Of a DNA stretch of 64,000 bases, positions 1-10,244 are shown piece by piece. Position 1 is the stretch's first letter. Each line of letters begins with the position of its first letter. A model generated the notes under the pieces. The model was not told where the DNA came from. It saw nothing but the letters and a program-made list of their open reading frames with translations, and did not search any database. The DNA is from Clostridiales bacterium PH28_bin88 (GTDB lineage Bacteria > Bacillota > PH28-bin88). A program made the translations under genes and the position numbers. The DNA is taken from positions 1,514 through 65,513 of the forward strand of contig LAKY01000064.1 of the NCBI GenBank assembly GCA_000987045.1, in the 5' to 3' direction.

Positions 1-454
1 TAATCTTATCCATAGATACCACTTTGGTTGCCGCGATGATCGCTCCCAGGATGACCACGTTAAACACGCGAGGGTGCAGTTCTTCCTTGGCAACCTGTAC
101 AGCCGGAATGGCCAACACTTTGGCGGCATTTTGAGGGATGCCGTCCTCCACACCCTGGATACCGGCATCGTAGACAAACACCGTATTTGGTCCAACGTAT
201 TTTTTCGTGCGATAAACCGCCCGGTCGCTGAGGGCCACCACGATGTCTCCCGTCTTGAACTTAGGAGAGCCAATAGGTTCATCAGAAATCTGTACGTAAG
301 CCACGGATACCCCGCCGCGCTGTTCTACACCGAAGTTAGGGATATACAGCGCCTCGAAACCTTCTTCATAGGCGGCTTCTGACAAGATCCCCGCAACCGA
401 TTGAACTCCCTGGCCGCCCTCACCGCCGAGGGCAATCTTTGCTCCCCTGGCCAT
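1..454 (-). CDS. 2-oxoacid:ferredoxin oxidoreductase gamma subunit (C-terminus lies beyond window edge)
   Basis: Own reverse translation from ATG at 454..452 gives MARGAKIALGGEGGQGVQSVAGILSEAAYEEGFEALYIPNFGVEQRGG... The GGxGGQG motif is typical of OFOR gamma subunits. The start is 2 nt after the beta-subunit stop. Confidence 0.8.
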   Translation of the reverse strand, partial: MARGAKIALGGEGGQGVQSVAGILSEAAYEEGFEALYIPNFGVEQRGGVSVAYVQISDEPIGSPKFKTGDIVVALSDRAVYRTKKYVGPNTVFVYDAGIQGVEDGIPQNAAKVLAIPAVQVAKEELHPRVFNVVILGAIIAATKVVSMDKI

Positions 455-456
455 GC

Positions 457-1209
457 TTAACCCTCCTTCTTTTCGCCGGGTACTTTGAGTTCCCCCACTT
501 TAAAGTACTTGGGCATCTCTTCTTCCACCATGCGCCAGGTCTCCTCGGCGTTGGTGGCCCAGTTGGTCGGGCAGAGGGACAGGGCTTCTACGAAAGAGAA
601 CCCGTTACCAGCCACCTGGTTCTCCAGGGCTTTTTTGATATAGCGTTTCAACAGGCGCTGGTTGGCCACCGTGCCCCGCGCCACGTACGCGCCTTCCTGG
701 GTGATAGCCGCCACCATCTCCGGACCCTGGGTGGGATAACCGGTAACCGTTACGTCACGCCCGTAAGGGGTGGTTTCGGTCTTTTGTCCGGGTAGGGTGG
801 TGGGAGCCATCTGCCCGCCCGTCATACCGTACTGGATGTTATTGACCAGGATGACGGTGATTTTTTCGTTACGAGACGCAGCGTTCACCAGGTGCTGCGA
901 CCCGATAGCGTAACCGCCGCCGTCGCCCATGTAGGCGATACCGATTACGTCCGGCCTGGCCCGCTTGATCCCGGTAATTACCGGGGTAGTGCGGCCATGG
1001 TGCGTCTGCACGGAGTCCATGTTGAAGAAGTCCCACGCCAGCAGGGAACAGCCGATGTCGCAACCGAAGACGACTTTATCCTGAATACCAAGGTCATCAA
1101 TAGCCTCGCCCAGGGCCTTTAAGATCAGCGGGTGACCGCAACCGGGGCAAAACTTGTGCGGCTTGGTTTCCGTTCGCCACACCTTGGGCATCTGAGGTTG
1201 GATGGACAT
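457..1209 (-). CDS. 2-oxoacid:ferredoxin oxidoreductase beta subunit (TPP-binding)
   Basis: ORF track, 250 aa. N-terminal CPGCGH motif and GDGG TPP-binding motif (AYMGDGGGYAIG). Sits between the alpha and gamma subunits. Confidence 0.9.
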   Translation of the reverse strand: MSIQPQMPKVWRTETKPHKFCPGCGHPLILKALGEAIDDLGIQDKVVFGCDIGCSLLAWDFFNMDSVQTHHGRTTPVITGIKRARPDVIGIAYMGDGGGYAIGSQHLVNAASRNEKITVILVNNIQYGMTGGQMAPTTLPGQKTETTPYGRDVTVTGYPTQGPEMVAAITQEGAYVARGTVANQRLLKRYIKKALENQVAGNGFSFVEALSLCPTNWATNAEETWRMVEEEMPKYFKVGELKVPGEKKEG

Positions 1210-1229
1210 GTCAAATACCTCCTCTCAAG

Positions 1230-2315
1230 CTAAAACAACTTCTTCACTTCTGTAACCACTTCTTCAACCGTCACCCCTTCGCCTGGCTTAAGGTAAGGAA
1301 TGATAGGAGTGGTACTGCCGTAGAGGGCATCGGTAACCAGCTTCTTGAACTGCCCGTAGGCGGACTCCACCACCACCAGGTGACGGGACTTGTCCGCCAG
1401 TTGGCGAAGTTGCTCGTCCGGGAAAGGCCTCAGGGTCACCGGCCGGAAATGGCCCACCCTCAGCCCTTGCTGGCGCAGCACTTTAACAGCCCCCTGGGCG
1501 GCCCGGGAAACCACCCCGTGAGCCACGATGATCACTTCAGCGTCATCGGTTTCGAACTCCTGGTATTCCACCACTTCAGGAGCCACCCGCTCATACTCGG
1601 CGGCCAGGTTGCGTACTACTTCCAATAGTTCGTCTTCCATGTTGTACGTGTTTCTCAAGTGGGAAGGATCCCGGTCTAAACCAGGTGTACCGGGCTTAAC
1701 CACATAGGGATCGGTGGGAACCATTTCGATACCGCGGGTTTCCGGATCATAGATCATCAGGGGTTCCCGCATTTTGGACTGGTAGCCGTCTCCCAGGACG
1801 AAGGTAGGGAAGCGATACTTCCAGGCAGTATTGAAGGCCTTAATGGTGTAGTCAAAGAGATCCTGCTGGCCGGCGGTGGAGTATACAATGCGGAACCCCT
1901 CGCCGTTACCGCCGTAACAGGTCATGGTGACCTCCTGCTGGGAATAGATTACCGTCGCGGTGGACGGCCCGCCGCGCTGGGTCACCACCAGCACGGTCGG
2001 CAGGCGCATCATTTCGGCCATGGACATGGATTCCTGCATCAACGTATTACCGGGTCCCGCGGTAGCGGTGAACGCCCGCTTACCGGCCAGCACTCCACCG
2101 CAGCAGGTAAACCCCGCGGAAATTTCATCTTCCGTCTGCAGGAAACTGCGGCCAAACTTGGGTGCCAGCCTTGTCCAATAATGCATGATTTCGTTCTGAG
2201 GCGTGATGGGATAACCGTACATGATGTCGGCATTGGAAGCCAATGCCGCCCAGGCTACCGCCTCGTTGCCGGTCATGAAGACCTTTTTTTCTCCCTCAAT
2301 TGGCTTGGGGGCCAT
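1230..2315 (-). CDS. 2-oxoacid:ferredoxin oxidoreductase alpha subunit
   Basis: ORF 1230..2327. I prefer the ATG at 2315 (MAPKPIEGEKKVFMTGNEAVAWAA...) because AGGAGGTG lies 9 nt upstream. KorA/PorA-like N-terminus. Confidence 0.9.
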   Translation of the reverse strand: MAPKPIEGEKKVFMTGNEAVAWAALASNADIMYGYPITPQNEIMHYWTRLAPKFGRSFLQTEDEISAGFTCCGGVLAGKRAFTATAGPGNTLMQESMSMAEMMRLPTVLVVTQRGGPSTATVIYSQQEVTMTCYGGNGEGFRIVYSTAGQQDLFDYTIKAFNTAWKYRFPTFVLGDGYQSKMREPLMIYDPETRGIEMVPTDPYVVKPGTPGLDRDPSHLRNTYNMEDELLEVVRNLAAEYERVAPEVVEYQEFETDDAEVIIVAHGVVSRAAQGAVKVLRQQGLRVGHFRPVTLRPFPDEQLRQLADKSRHLVVVESAYGQFKKLVTDALYGSTTPIIPYLKPGEGVTVEEVVTEVKKLF

Positions 2316-2357
2316 AAAACAAAACACCTCCTGTGAAGTTTTGGGACAGGTAAAGGT

Positions 2358-2996
2358 TTACCAAAAAGTGCCGGGCATGTACCGGCGCAATGTGCGCACC
2401 GGGTTGCCCATGCAATCTTTTTCCCCGATAGCTTCTCCTACAGTTTCAGTAGCCGTCGTAGCAATGACCGGTAAGCCCAATTCCCGAGCAGCGGCTGTAA
2501 TGACCCGAGCCCCTTCCTGCACCAGGGCGGGGCTTGTCTCGTCACCCAGGTGGGTGTTATTAATCAGGCCGTCAACGCTACCGAGGGAACCGACATACTC
2601 TACAATGTCCTCTACCGACCCGGTTACTGGGCGGGAAATGTTCACTACCACATAAGTCTTTAACTCCCGGCTTCCCCGCGCCCCTTCGATCAGGTTAAGC
2701 GCCCGGGCGCCTTTAACACCATACCCCACATCAAGAATGAGATCCCCCGCGCGGCGCAAAACCCACCGCACCGCCGGAAGCATTACCGACCCCGCCTCAC
2801 CCAACCCCATGGTCTTGCGGGTTTCCCAGGCCACGACGGTAAGACCTTTTTCCTCCAGCAGCTTCTTGATGGGCCTCAAGGTATAGAACGGCTCCACCAG
2901 GTCCAGGTCTACCAGGGTTACTCCTCGCCCTTCCGCCAGCAACCGCAAAGCACGGTTAACCGCCACTTCGCTTTTGCCACTGGCATATTCCCCCAC
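2358..2996 (-). CDS. P-loop ATP-binding protein of unknown role (MinD/ParA-superfamily-like)
   Basis: GTG start. Walker A GEYASGKS is at the extreme N-terminus. An in-frame stop 57 nt upstream leaves no alternative ATG. Co-oriented with the oxidoreductase genes. Confidence 0.6.
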   Translation of the reverse strand: MGEYASGKSEVAVNRALRLLAEGRGVTLVDLDLVEPFYTLRPIKKLLEEKGLTVVAWETRKTMGLGEAGSVMLPAVRWVLRRAGDLILDVGYGVKGARALNLIEGARGSRELKTYVVVNISRPVTGSVEDIVEYVGSLGSVDGLINNTHLGDETSPALVQEGARVITAAARELGLPVIATTATETVGEAIGEKDCMGNPVRTLRRYMPGTFW

Positions 2997-3233
2997 ATAC
3001 GCTTCAACTACCCGCTGGCTGATCGATGCCCCGATATTTTTCTCACCTCGCCCCTAGTATTCTCTTCCACTATTCATTTATGAGCAGAAATTGGCTTTCC
3101 TGGAGAAAAGAAAAAAGAAGCACCCTAGCGGATGGGCCTCGCTTTCACCCTCTACATTTTACTCCTAATTATGCGACAAATCAACCAAATGAGTCAACCA
3201 ATACCATCAAATCTTAAAAACAGCCCTAGCAGT

Positions 3234-3262
3234 ATCATATATCAAGGAGTACCGCTCGTCAA
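3234..3262 (-). promoter_or_regulatory. Candidate sigma-A promoter (TTGACG-17-TATGAT) for the P-loop/oxidoreductase operon
   Basis: Minus strand reads TTGACG agcggtactccttgata TATGAT, about 240 nt upstream of the 2996 start. Confidence 0.4.
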
Positions 3263-3294
3263 GGATGAGGGGCCACGAAGAAAAAATGGGGCCA

Positions 3295-3588
3295 CTACCC
3301 TATCAGCAACTTGAGGACTATTACCAATAACAGGCCAGGAATCCCAAGAAAACCGACCAGTAAAACAGTTAGCCAGTTAACCGGTACGTGGAAGCCCAGG
3401 TATGCACCCAACAGGTTAACAAACCATAAGGCGAGCAACCCTGCGATGGAGTTATACAGTAACTTGAAGATTAACTTAAAAGGTTTCAGCAGAACCTTCC
3501 CAACAAGATAGACCAGGAATCCCAGAAAAACCATTGCCAATAAGACTTGAATACCGTCAGTCACCACCGTCCACCCCTCCTTGTCCAT
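3295..3588 (-). CDS. bofA: Pro-sigma-K processing inhibitor BofA
   Basis: 97-aa two-TM protein (…LLKPFKLIFKLLYNSIAGLLALWFVNLLG…GIPGLLLVIVLKLL). Its position after recR and the yaaL-like gene matches the Bacillus order dnaX-yaaK-recR-yaaL-bofA. Confidence 0.75.
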   Translation of the reverse strand: MDKEGWTVVTDGIQVLLAMVFLGFLVYLVGKVLLKPFKLIFKLLYNSIAGLLALWFVNLLGAYLGFHVPVNWLTVLLVGFLGIPGLLLVIVLKLLIG

Positions 3589-3635
3589 TTCCAGTATATG
3601 ACTGAGTGCGGACTAATATGACCGCCCTTGAAAAA

Positions 3636-4049
3636 CTAGGTCAATCTCGCGGGAATTCCTTGGCCGACCTCAGCTTTTCGTGCCTGCTTCAGTAAATAAA
3701 TATACCGTTTTTCCGCGGCATTCACCAGGTAGACAGCCTCATCAACCAGGTCAGGATCACTGACCTCAGCAAAGAATCTCTGGGCATTAACCCAGTCGAG
3801 GTAGGCTTGATGAACTAAGCCGGTTAAGGGGACGCTGGCTGCCGCCCGTCGAGACGGTATGATCAGTCTATGGGTTAATCGACCTGTCCAGGGATTACGA
3901 GGAATCCCGGAGGACGGGATCCCCCTGATAAAGAGTGCCACAGACAGGACGTAGATCCGGCGAAGCCATTGGCCCCACGTCTCGCCCACGGTGGTGACCA
4001 CGTGAACTATCACCCGCCGGCAAAACCAGCAGAAATCTTGGGCCAGCAC
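3636..4049 (-). CDS. YaaL-like DUF2508 protein; start uncertain
   Basis: The C-terminal 60 aa (AYLDWVNAQRFFAEVSDPDLVDEAVYLVNAAEKRYIYLLKQARK) fit the DUF2508 pattern. The GTG at 4049 has GGGGAGGG 6 nt upstream. The N-terminal 70 aa are atypical. Confidence 0.6.
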   Translation of the reverse strand: MLAQDFCWFCRRVIVHVVTTVGETWGQWLRRIYVLSVALFIRGIPSSGIPRNPWTGRLTHRLIIPSRRAAASVPLTGLVHQAYLDWVNAQRFFAEVSDPDLVDEAVYLVNAAEKRYIYLLKQARKAEVGQGIPARLT

Positions 4050-4238
4050 GGTACACCCTCCCCTAGGTAATTTTAACCGTCGTGCCCGAAGGCCGGGTCA
4101 CGGTCCTTACCACTATTTATATGTACCGGAGATGGCCATGAATTCTCTTTTTTACAGTATTTGTTATCAAAAATTTTCAAAACGCAACTGACTAAAATAA
4201 AAGCAAAACGCTGCTTTCACAGCGTTTGATCCTTGAAA

Positions 4239-4844
4239 TCAATCTACCTCCCGCCTGCCCTCCAGCGCTCTGGCCAGGGTTACCTCATCAGCGTACTCCA
4301 GATCCCCTCCTACCGGAATGCCATGGGCTATCCGGGTAACTCTGATACCCATCGGCTTGATTAACCTGGTCAGGTACATGGCGGTTGCCTCGCCTTCCAC
4401 GTCTGGATTGGTCGCTAAAATCAGTTCACGCACCTGGTTCCCGGCGAGGCGTCCCAGGAGTTGTTTAATGGTAAGTTGTTCGGGCCCAATCCCTTCCATG
4501 GGCGAAATAGCCCCGTGCAACACATGGTACAATCCTTTAAACTCCCGGGTTTTTTCCAACGCAACCACGTCTTTGGGGTCTTCTACCACACAGATCACCG
4601 TTTGATCCCGGTAGTGGTCGGCGCAGATGCGGCAGGGATCCGTATCCGTAAGGTTACCGCAGGTGGAACATTGATGGATCTTTTCCCTGGCTTCCAGGAT
4701 GGCGGTAGAAAGTTCTCTGGCTTCATCCCCTGGGGTGTGTAAGAGGTAAAAGGCCAACCGCTGGGCGGTCTTCGGCCCAATCCCGGGCAGCCTGTTAAGG
4801 GCGGCGATCAGTCTGGCTACAGGCTCGGCGTAGTGGTACAACAA
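4239..4844 (-). CDS. recR: Recombination protein RecR
   Basis: The ORF is open to 4976, but the RecR N-terminus ([31 protein letters not shown]) begins at TTG 4844 with a GGGGGG RBS upstream. It has the C4 zinc finger [16 protein letters not shown] and a Toprim region. Confidence 0.9.
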   Translation of the reverse strand: MLYHYAEPVARLIAALNRLPGIGPKTAQRLAFYLLHTPGDEARELSTAILEAREKIHQCSTCGNLTDTDPCRICADHYRDQTVICVVEDPKDVVALEKTREFKGLYHVLHGAISPMEGIGPEQLTIKQLLGRLAGNQVRELILATNPDVEGEATAMYLTRLIKPMGIRVTRIAHGIPVGGDLEYADEVTLARALEGRREVD

Positions 4845-4983
4845 CTCATCCCCCCTACTGGAAGCAAGAGGCAAGAGGCAGGAGGCAAGATCGCTTGAAG
4901 GAATTGGCTTCGCCAATTCCCTCTTCTCTTCCTTCTTTATGCTTCTTACTTCCTGCTTGCGATGGCGCTGATGCACATATTAA

Positions 4984-5310
4984 CTAAAATAGTCCTGGAA
5001 TTTTGATGCCCCCGGTAATCTTACCCATCTCGGCGTTGACCATTTCCTGGGCCTTGCGTAGGGCCTCGTTTACCGCGGCCAGCACCAGGTCTTCCAGCAT
5101 TTCCACATCATCCGGGTCGACGGCCTCCGGTTTAATCTTGATGGCCGTTACCTCCATTTTACCGTTGGCGGTCGCCTGGACCATCCCCCCGCCCGCCGAT
5201 GCGTCCACCAGCTTGCTCCCCAACTCCTCCTGTAATTTAGCCATTTGGGTTTGCATCTGCTGGACCTGTTTCATCATTTTATTCATGTTACCAAAACCCA
5301 CGTACATCAA
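4984..5310 (-). CDS. ybaB: Nucleoid-associated protein YbaB/EbfC
   Basis: 108 aa, with GNMNKMMKQVQQMQTQMAKLQEEL... typical of the YbaB family. Lies between dnaX and recR. Confidence 0.9.
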   Translation of the reverse strand: MMYVGFGNMNKMMKQVQQMQTQMAKLQEELGSKLVDASAGGGMVQATANGKMEVTAIKIKPEAVDPDDVEMLEDLVLAAVNEALRKAQEMVNAEMGKITGGIKIPGLF

Positions 5311-6938
5311 CCCCCTTCTTTTATTTCAACCAATTCTCCCCCGAAGATTTCAATTGCCATCCGCACCACCGGGTCATCCTGCGGCTCCGCCGCTACCCCT
5401 TGGCCCGCGGGATTACCCTGCATCACACACTTAATCTTTAGAGGCAGCCGGAACACTTGCTGCAGTACCCGTTCAACCGCCTGCCGGTTTTCCGGCTGCT
5501 CCATCCTTTCCTTATGAAAGGAATGATCCGCGGGAAACCCCAGTACCAGAGTGTGCTGATCCATCTCCAACGGTTCCGCTTCCACCAAAAAGGCATACGC
5601 CGTGATCTTAATCTTTTTGATTGCATCCAGGATTTCTTGCCAGCGTTGTGTAACGGTTGCCAGTACGACAGTCGCTCCCCCAGGGGGATCAATGCTTCCC
5701 TTTTGAGGTAACGACGCCGGAGGTGTCAAACCTGGAGGTGGCGCTGTGGGAACAGGTGGCACCTTGACGGGTTCTTCACGGGCAGCGGCCATCTGCCCGC
5801 GTCCCAACTGCTGCTCCAAAGCAGCAATGCGCTTTTCCAACAGGGCCGGCCCCCTGGCTTGCTCCATCGCCTTTAAGAGGGCCAGTTCCAGCAATACCCC
5901 GGGATAGGTGCTCCACTTCATCTCCGCTTCAGCAGCGCACAGGCTGTCAATGATATTGACCAGCTGGGGCGTCTCGAATTGTTCCGCCATGGCGCTTACT
6001 CCAGCCAGGTCTTCCACCGGCAGGCCGGTCATTTCTTCGTCTCCACATACCTTCAATATCAGCAGGTCGCGGAAAAACCCCGCCAGGTCTCCCGTCATCC
6101 GGCGCACGTCTTTTCCGGCGGCTATTCCCTCTTGCACTAATCGCAGCACCTTTTCCCGGTCCCACCCTGCGACCCCTTCAGCCAGCGCCATCAGAATCTC
6201 AGTATCGACTACCCCCAGGATCTCTCTTAAATGAGCCAGGGTTACCTCTTCACCCGCGTAAGTGAGACACTGGTCCAGGAGACTCAAGGCGTCTCGCATT
6301 CCCCCTGCCGCTGAGCGGGCTATAAACTTAAGCGCGTCGGGACTGACCCGGACACCGCTTTGAGCGACCACGTCTTGCAGCCTGGCAACCATTTGATCCT
6401 TGCCAATCCGACGAAAGTCGAAGCGCTGGCAGCGGGATAAAACAGTCAACGGCAGTTTCTGCGGTTCAGTGGTAGCCAACACGAAAACGGCATGGGCCGG
6501 AGGTTCCTCCAAAGTCTTCAGCAAGGCGTTGAAGGCTTCGTTAGTTAACATATGTACCTCATCTATGATGTATACCCGGTATTGGCCTTCCGCCGGTGCA
6601 AACTTCACCTTCTCCCGCAAGTCGCGGATCTCGTCAATACCCCGGTTGGAGGCGGCGTCGATCTCCAGCACATCCAGGGAACTACCGTTATTCACCCGTT
6701 GGCATTGGGGGCACTCGTTGCAAGGCTCACCATCCAGCGGGGCCATGCAATTCACTGCCTTGGCCAGGATTTTGGCGGTACTGGTTTTTCCGGTTCCCCG
6801 AGGACCGCAAAACAGGTATGCGTGGCTGATGCGCCGGGCTGCCAGTGCATTTTGCAGGGTACGGCTGACGTGTTCCTGTCCCACCAGTTCACGAAAGGTC
6901 TGCGGGCGCCACTGGCGGTAAAGAGCCAGGTAACCCAT
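5307..6938 (-). CDS. dnaX: DNA polymerase III subunits gamma/tau
   Basis: ORF to 6971. I prefer the ATG at 6938 (MGYLALYRQWRPQTF...) with GGGAGGTG 7 nt upstream. Walker A GPRGTGKTS, zinc module CNECPQC, Walker B IIDEVH. Confidence 0.95.
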   Translation of the reverse strand: MGYLALYRQWRPQTFRELVGQEHVSRTLQNALAARRISHAYLFCGPRGTGKTSTAKILAKAVNCMAPLDGEPCNECPQCQRVNNGSSLDVLEIDAASNRGIDEIRDLREKVKFAPAEGQYRVYIIDEVHMLTNEAFNALLKTLEEPPAHAVFVLATTEPQKLPLTVLSRCQRFDFRRIGKDQMVARLQDVVAQSGVRVSPDALKFIARSAAGGMRDALSLLDQCLTYAGEEVTLAHLREILGVVDTEILMALAEGVAGWDREKVLRLVQEGIAAGKDVRRMTGDLAGFFRDLLILKVCGDEEMTGLPVEDLAGVSAMAEQFETPQLVNIIDSLCAAEAEMKWSTYPGVLLELALLKAMEQARGPALLEKRIAALEQQLGRGQMAAAREEPVKVPPVPTAPPPGLTPPASLPQKGSIDPPGGATVVLATVTQRWQEILDAIKKIKITAYAFLVEAEPLEMDQHTLVLGFPADHSFHKERMEQPENRQAVERVLQQVFRLPLKIKCVMQGNPAGQGVAAEPQDDPVVRMAIEIFGGELVEIKEGG

Positions 6939-7000
6939 GAATAGACACCTCCCGTTTAATATTTTCGCCATTTAAGGCATGCTATCCTCTTTTTACAAAA

Positions 7001-7028
7001 AGGGATTATTCCCGCAGGAATAATCCCT
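7001..7028 (-). terminator. Perfect 12-bp hairpin flanked by A/T runs (terminator after the SRP RNA)
   Basis: agggattattcc-cgca-ggaataatccct, flanked by aaaa and ttttt. On the minus strand it follows the SRP RNA 3' end and precedes dnaX. Confidence 0.7.
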
Positions 7029-7043
7029 TTTTACCTGTATTAA

Positions 7044-7323
7044 TTTAGACCGCGCACCCACCTCTGAATAGTGGCTTCCGGGCGTTACCGGTGCAGCCGG
7101 CTCCGGCCAGGCTCCCCCGCGGCACACGGAAAGGTTCACTTACCGCTGCTTCCTTCCGGACCTGACGGGGTTCATGAGTTCCCGTTGCGCGGGACCCAGC
7201 CCTCTTCGCCGCTTACACCGGCCGGTCCCCACAAACCAAACCCTCGGGTGGGAATTCAATCCCGCTATAGCGGCTTGCGGGTTACAGGGCACCGCTACCT
7301 CCCCATCTAGCACGGTCAAACCC
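7044..7323 (-). ncRNA. ffs: Signal recognition particle RNA, long Bacillus type (scRNA/ffs); ends approximate
   Basis: The minus strand contains the domain IV core CAGGTCCGGAAGGAAGCAGCGGTAAG and the Alu-domain 5' motif GACCGTGCTAGATGGGGAGGTAGCGGTGCCCTGTAACC. The 5' and 3' ends can pair. Its position upstream of dnaX matches Bacillus. Confidence 0.85.
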
Positions 7324-7338
7324 TTTGACAAATATCAA

Positions 7339-7434
7339 TGGCGGAGAGAGTGGGATTCGAACCCACGAGACGAATTTGTGATCCGTCTACTCGCTCTCCA
7401 GGCGAGCGCCTTCGACCAACTCAGCCATCTCTCC
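7339..7434 (-). tRNA. tRNA-Ser (anticodon GGA)
   Basis: Reverse complement is GGAGAGATGGCTGAGTTGGTCGAAGGCGCTCGCCTGGAGAGCGAG...GGGTTCGAATCCCACTCTCTCCGCCA. Long variable arm, encoded CCA. Confidence 0.9.
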
Positions 7435-7484
7435 GCGGTCTACCGATAGTACGTTATTATCTTTTTAACCATCGTGGCTAGATT

Positions 7485-7513
7485 ATTATACAGTCAATTC
7501 TATTTGGATGCAA
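7485..7513 (-). promoter_or_regulatory. Candidate sigma-A promoter TTGCAT-17-TATAAT driving tRNA-Ser, SRP RNA and possibly dnaX
   Basis: Minus strand reads TTGCAT ccaaatagaattgactg TATAAT, about 50 nt upstream of the tRNA 5' end. Confidence 0.5.
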
Positions 7514-7658
7514 GCATCTTTAACTGTCAAGGCGACCAAAAGCCGCCTATTTAGCAACAAAATTCATGGCATACTTACCAGCTTGAACTATTTTAATCAG
7601 CCCGCTTCCGGTCAACCATTCATGTAAGACGATCTCTCGTTGGAGGGAAAACCGGATG

Positions 7659-8153
7659 CTATGAACGGTAATTCGTGAACTGCAATTCCAGGCCGAAATC
7701 CTTTTCTTTAAGCATTTGAATTACCGACTGCAGGTCGTCGATCTTTTTGGCCGTGACTCGCACCTGGTCATCCATGATCTGGGCCTGCACTTTTAATTTG
7801 GTATTCTTAATCGCCGCTACAATTTCTTTCCCTTTTTCTTTCGAAATCCCCCTCTGCACCTTCACGGTCTGCCGGACGGTACCCCCACTGGCGGGTTCAA
7901 TTTTACCATAACTCAATGACTTTAAAGGGACCTGGCGCCTAACGGCTTTGCTTTGCAGTACGTCAATCGCGCTCTTTAGCCTGTACTCGTCATCGGCGAG
8001 AATCTTAATCTCATCACCTTCAAGAGTAATTTTAACCTTACTGCCCTTAAAGTCAAACCGCTGGCCGATCTCTTTCATAGCCTGATTGACCGCATTATCG
8101 ACCTCTTGCAAATCAACTTCGGAGACCACATCAAACGAAGCGTCTTTGGCCAC
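7659..8153 (-). CDS. yajQ: YajQ-family nucleotide-binding protein (UPF0234)
   Basis: 164 aa: [38 protein letters not shown]... with the characteristic YajQ N-terminus. Confidence 0.85.
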   Translation of the reverse strand: MAKDASFDVVSEVDLQEVDNAVNQAMKEIGQRFDFKGSKVKITLEGDEIKILADDEYRLKSAIDVLQSKAVRRQVPLKSLSYGKIEPASGGTVRQTVKVQRGISKEKGKEIVAAIKNTKLKVQAQIMDDQVRVTAKKIDDLQSVIQMLKEKDFGLELQFTNYRS

Positions 8154-8248
8154 TGTTCAACCCCCTTAGAAACTCGGAGTTCCACGTCGAATTCGCGGAA
8201 CTCCTTACCACCTGCCCGTTTTCCATGAAACTCTACCCCGCCGTACCG

Positions 8249-9982
8249 CTAGGCTTTTTGGGCCTTGGCCCATGTATCACGCAACGAGACGATCCTGTTA
8301 AATACCGGCGCTCCTTCGGACGAATCGGGATCAACACTGAAATAGCCTTGCCTTAAGAACTGGTACCTGCTTCCCGGTTCCGCGGCCGCCAGGGAAGGTT
8401 CAACCATGCATGAGGTCAACCTCTCCAGCGAGTTTGGATTCAAATCGGTTTTGAAATCCTCATGCTCGTCCGGGTTTTCGCTGGCGAAAAGATGATCATA
8501 CAGGCGCACTTCCGCTCTGAGAGCGTGGTCGGCAGAAACCCAGTGGGTTGTTACCTTGACCTTGCGGTCGCTGGCAGCGCCACCGCTTCTTGTCTCGGGA
8601 TCATAGGTACAGCGCAACTCCACCACTTCGCCGGTTTCTTCGTCCTTGACGACCCGCTCACACTTGATGATATAGGCGTTCTTCAGCCGGATCTCACGGC
8701 CGGGCGCCAAACGGTAAAATTTCTTCGGCGGGTCTTCCATGAAATCGTCCTGCTCAATGTACACCACCCGCGAAAACGGGATCTTGCGAGACCCCATACC
8801 GGGATTCTCCGGGTTATTCTCGGCATCCAGCCATTCCACCTGATCCTCCGGGTAGTTTTCGATGACTACCCGCAGCGGGCGCAACACGGCCATCACACGC
8901 TGGGCTCGCAGGTTCAAGTCTTCCCGGATGCAGTGCTCCAGCAACGCGATATCGACGACACTGTTCCTCTTGGCCACCCCGATACGGTCGCAGAAATCCC
9001 GGATTGCCTCGGGCGTGTAACCCCGTCTCCGCAGGCCGGATATGGTAGGCATGCGGGGATCGTCCCACCCGCTCACGTACCCCTGCTCTACCAGTTGCCG
9101 GAGCTTCCGCTTGCTCATCACGGTGTGGGTGAGATTGAGCCTGGCGAACTCTATCTGCTGCGGGCACGCCTCTGCTTCCTCTGAATAATCGACGTTTTCG
9201 ATCACCCAGTCGTATAAAGGCCGGTGATCCGCGAATTCCAGGGTACAGATGGAATGGGTGATGCTTTCGAGGGCATCCGAAAGGGGATGGGCGTAATCGT
9301 ACATCGGGTAAATGCACCACTCGTCGCCGGTCCTGTGATGCGTTGCCCGCAGAATTCGATAAAGCACCGGATCCCGCATGTTTAAGTTTGGAGACGCCAT
9401 ATCAATTTTTGCTCGCAGCACGCGAGAACCGTCCGGGAATTCGCCGGCTCTCATCCGTGCAAACAGGTCCAGGTTTTCTTCAATTGAACGGTTACGGTAC
9501 GGGCTGTCCTTGCCGGGCTCAGTCAAGGTCCCGCGGTAGTCCTTGATTTCCTGCGCGCTCAAGTCACAAACATAGGCCTTGCCCGCTTTGATCAACTGGA
9601 CCGCGTACTGATACAGTTTCTCAAAGTAGTCTGAAGCGTAAAACATCCGGTCGTCCCAATCAAATCCAAGCCAGCGAACATCTCTTTCAATGGATTCCAC
9701 ATATTCAATGTCCTCTTTGCTTGGATTGGTGTCGTCAAACCGCAGGTTGCAAAGACCCCCGTTGGCGGCGGCGATGCCAAAATTAAGGCAAATGGATTTG
9801 GCGTGCCCGATGTGCAAATAACCGTTCGGTTCCGGTGGAAATCGAGTGTGCACCCGGCCGCCGTGCTTGTTCGTTTCCATGTCTTTTGTGATGATATCCT
9901 GGATGAAGTTGGCCGGTGCCTCCGGAATGGCCGTGGTTTTGCCGTTGCCGTGTTCTGTGTCAAGTGCCGTCATGTGTCCCAT
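8249..9982 (-). CDS. glnS: Glutamine--tRNA ligase
   Basis: 577 aa. Class I HIGH motif ([11 protein letters not shown]), NLRFDDTNP, and KMSKS-type VMSKR. The start may be the ATG at 9973, which has better SD spacing. Confidence 0.9.
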   Translation of the reverse strand: MGHMTALDTEHGNGKTTAIPEAPANFIQDIITKDMETNKHGGRVHTRFPPEPNGYLHIGHAKSICLNFGIAAANGGLCNLRFDDTNPSKEDIEYVESIERDVRWLGFDWDDRMFYASDYFEKLYQYAVQLIKAGKAYVCDLSAQEIKDYRGTLTEPGKDSPYRNRSIEENLDLFARMRAGEFPDGSRVLRAKIDMASPNLNMRDPVLYRILRATHHRTGDEWCIYPMYDYAHPLSDALESITHSICTLEFADHRPLYDWVIENVDYSEEAEACPQQIEFARLNLTHTVMSKRKLRQLVEQGYVSGWDDPRMPTISGLRRRGYTPEAIRDFCDRIGVAKRNSVVDIALLEHCIREDLNLRAQRVMAVLRPLRVVIENYPEDQVEWLDAENNPENPGMGSRKIPFSRVVYIEQDDFMEDPPKKFYRLAPGREIRLKNAYIIKCERVVKDEETGEVVELRCTYDPETRSGGAASDRKVKVTTHWVSADHALRAEVRLYDHLFASENPDEHEDFKTDLNPNSLERLTSCMVEPSLAAAEPGSRYQFLRQGYFSVDPDSSEGAPVFNRIVSLRDTWAKAQKA

Positions 9983-10156
9983 TTCCTCCTTATATGTTCG
10001 CTCACCGGGCTAATCTTCTTGATAACCCCCTGCTGCAGGCGGTTATTTATTGAAATATAATTGGTACACTAAAGTTAGCTTACAATTCCACATTATACCC
10101 AAAAATCCTGCTAAGATGTCATTACGTTGGTATTATTATCGCTCGTTCCTCCGCGT

Positions 10157-10190
10157 AAAAAAAGGGCTCCGCGCTTAAGTTGCGGAACCC
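10157..10190 (-). terminator. Rho-independent terminator after the DUF433/DUF5615 pair
   Basis: Minus strand reads GGGTTCCGC-aacttaagc-GCGGAGCCC followed by TTTTTTT. Confidence 0.6.
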
Positions 10191-10244
10191 CTTGATTTCA
10201 ATACAATGGCTGAGAGAGCAGGCGACGTTCGGGCGGCTGGCCGT

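Noticed and set aside
3026-3314. Plus-strand ORFs 3026..3217 and 3132..3314 between bofA and the P-loop gene.
   Set aside because: They lie in an AT-rich intergenic region containing a good minus-strand promoter. Their translations are low complexity and lack an RBS.
7071-7449. ORFs 7071..7310, 7140..7331 and 7174..7449 across the 7.0-7.45 kb region.
   Set aside because: They overlap the SRP RNA and tRNA-Ser genes, which explain the conservation-like appearance. ORFs 10926..11189, 10961..11143, 10998..11441 and 11890..12309 over the other tRNAs were rejected for the same reason.
9983-10156. T-box or other leader riboswitch upstream of glnS.
   Set aside because: There is no T-box core (GGTGGTACCGCG-like) and no specifier or antiterminator architecture. 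Only a weak imperfect hairpin (10022..10047) is present.
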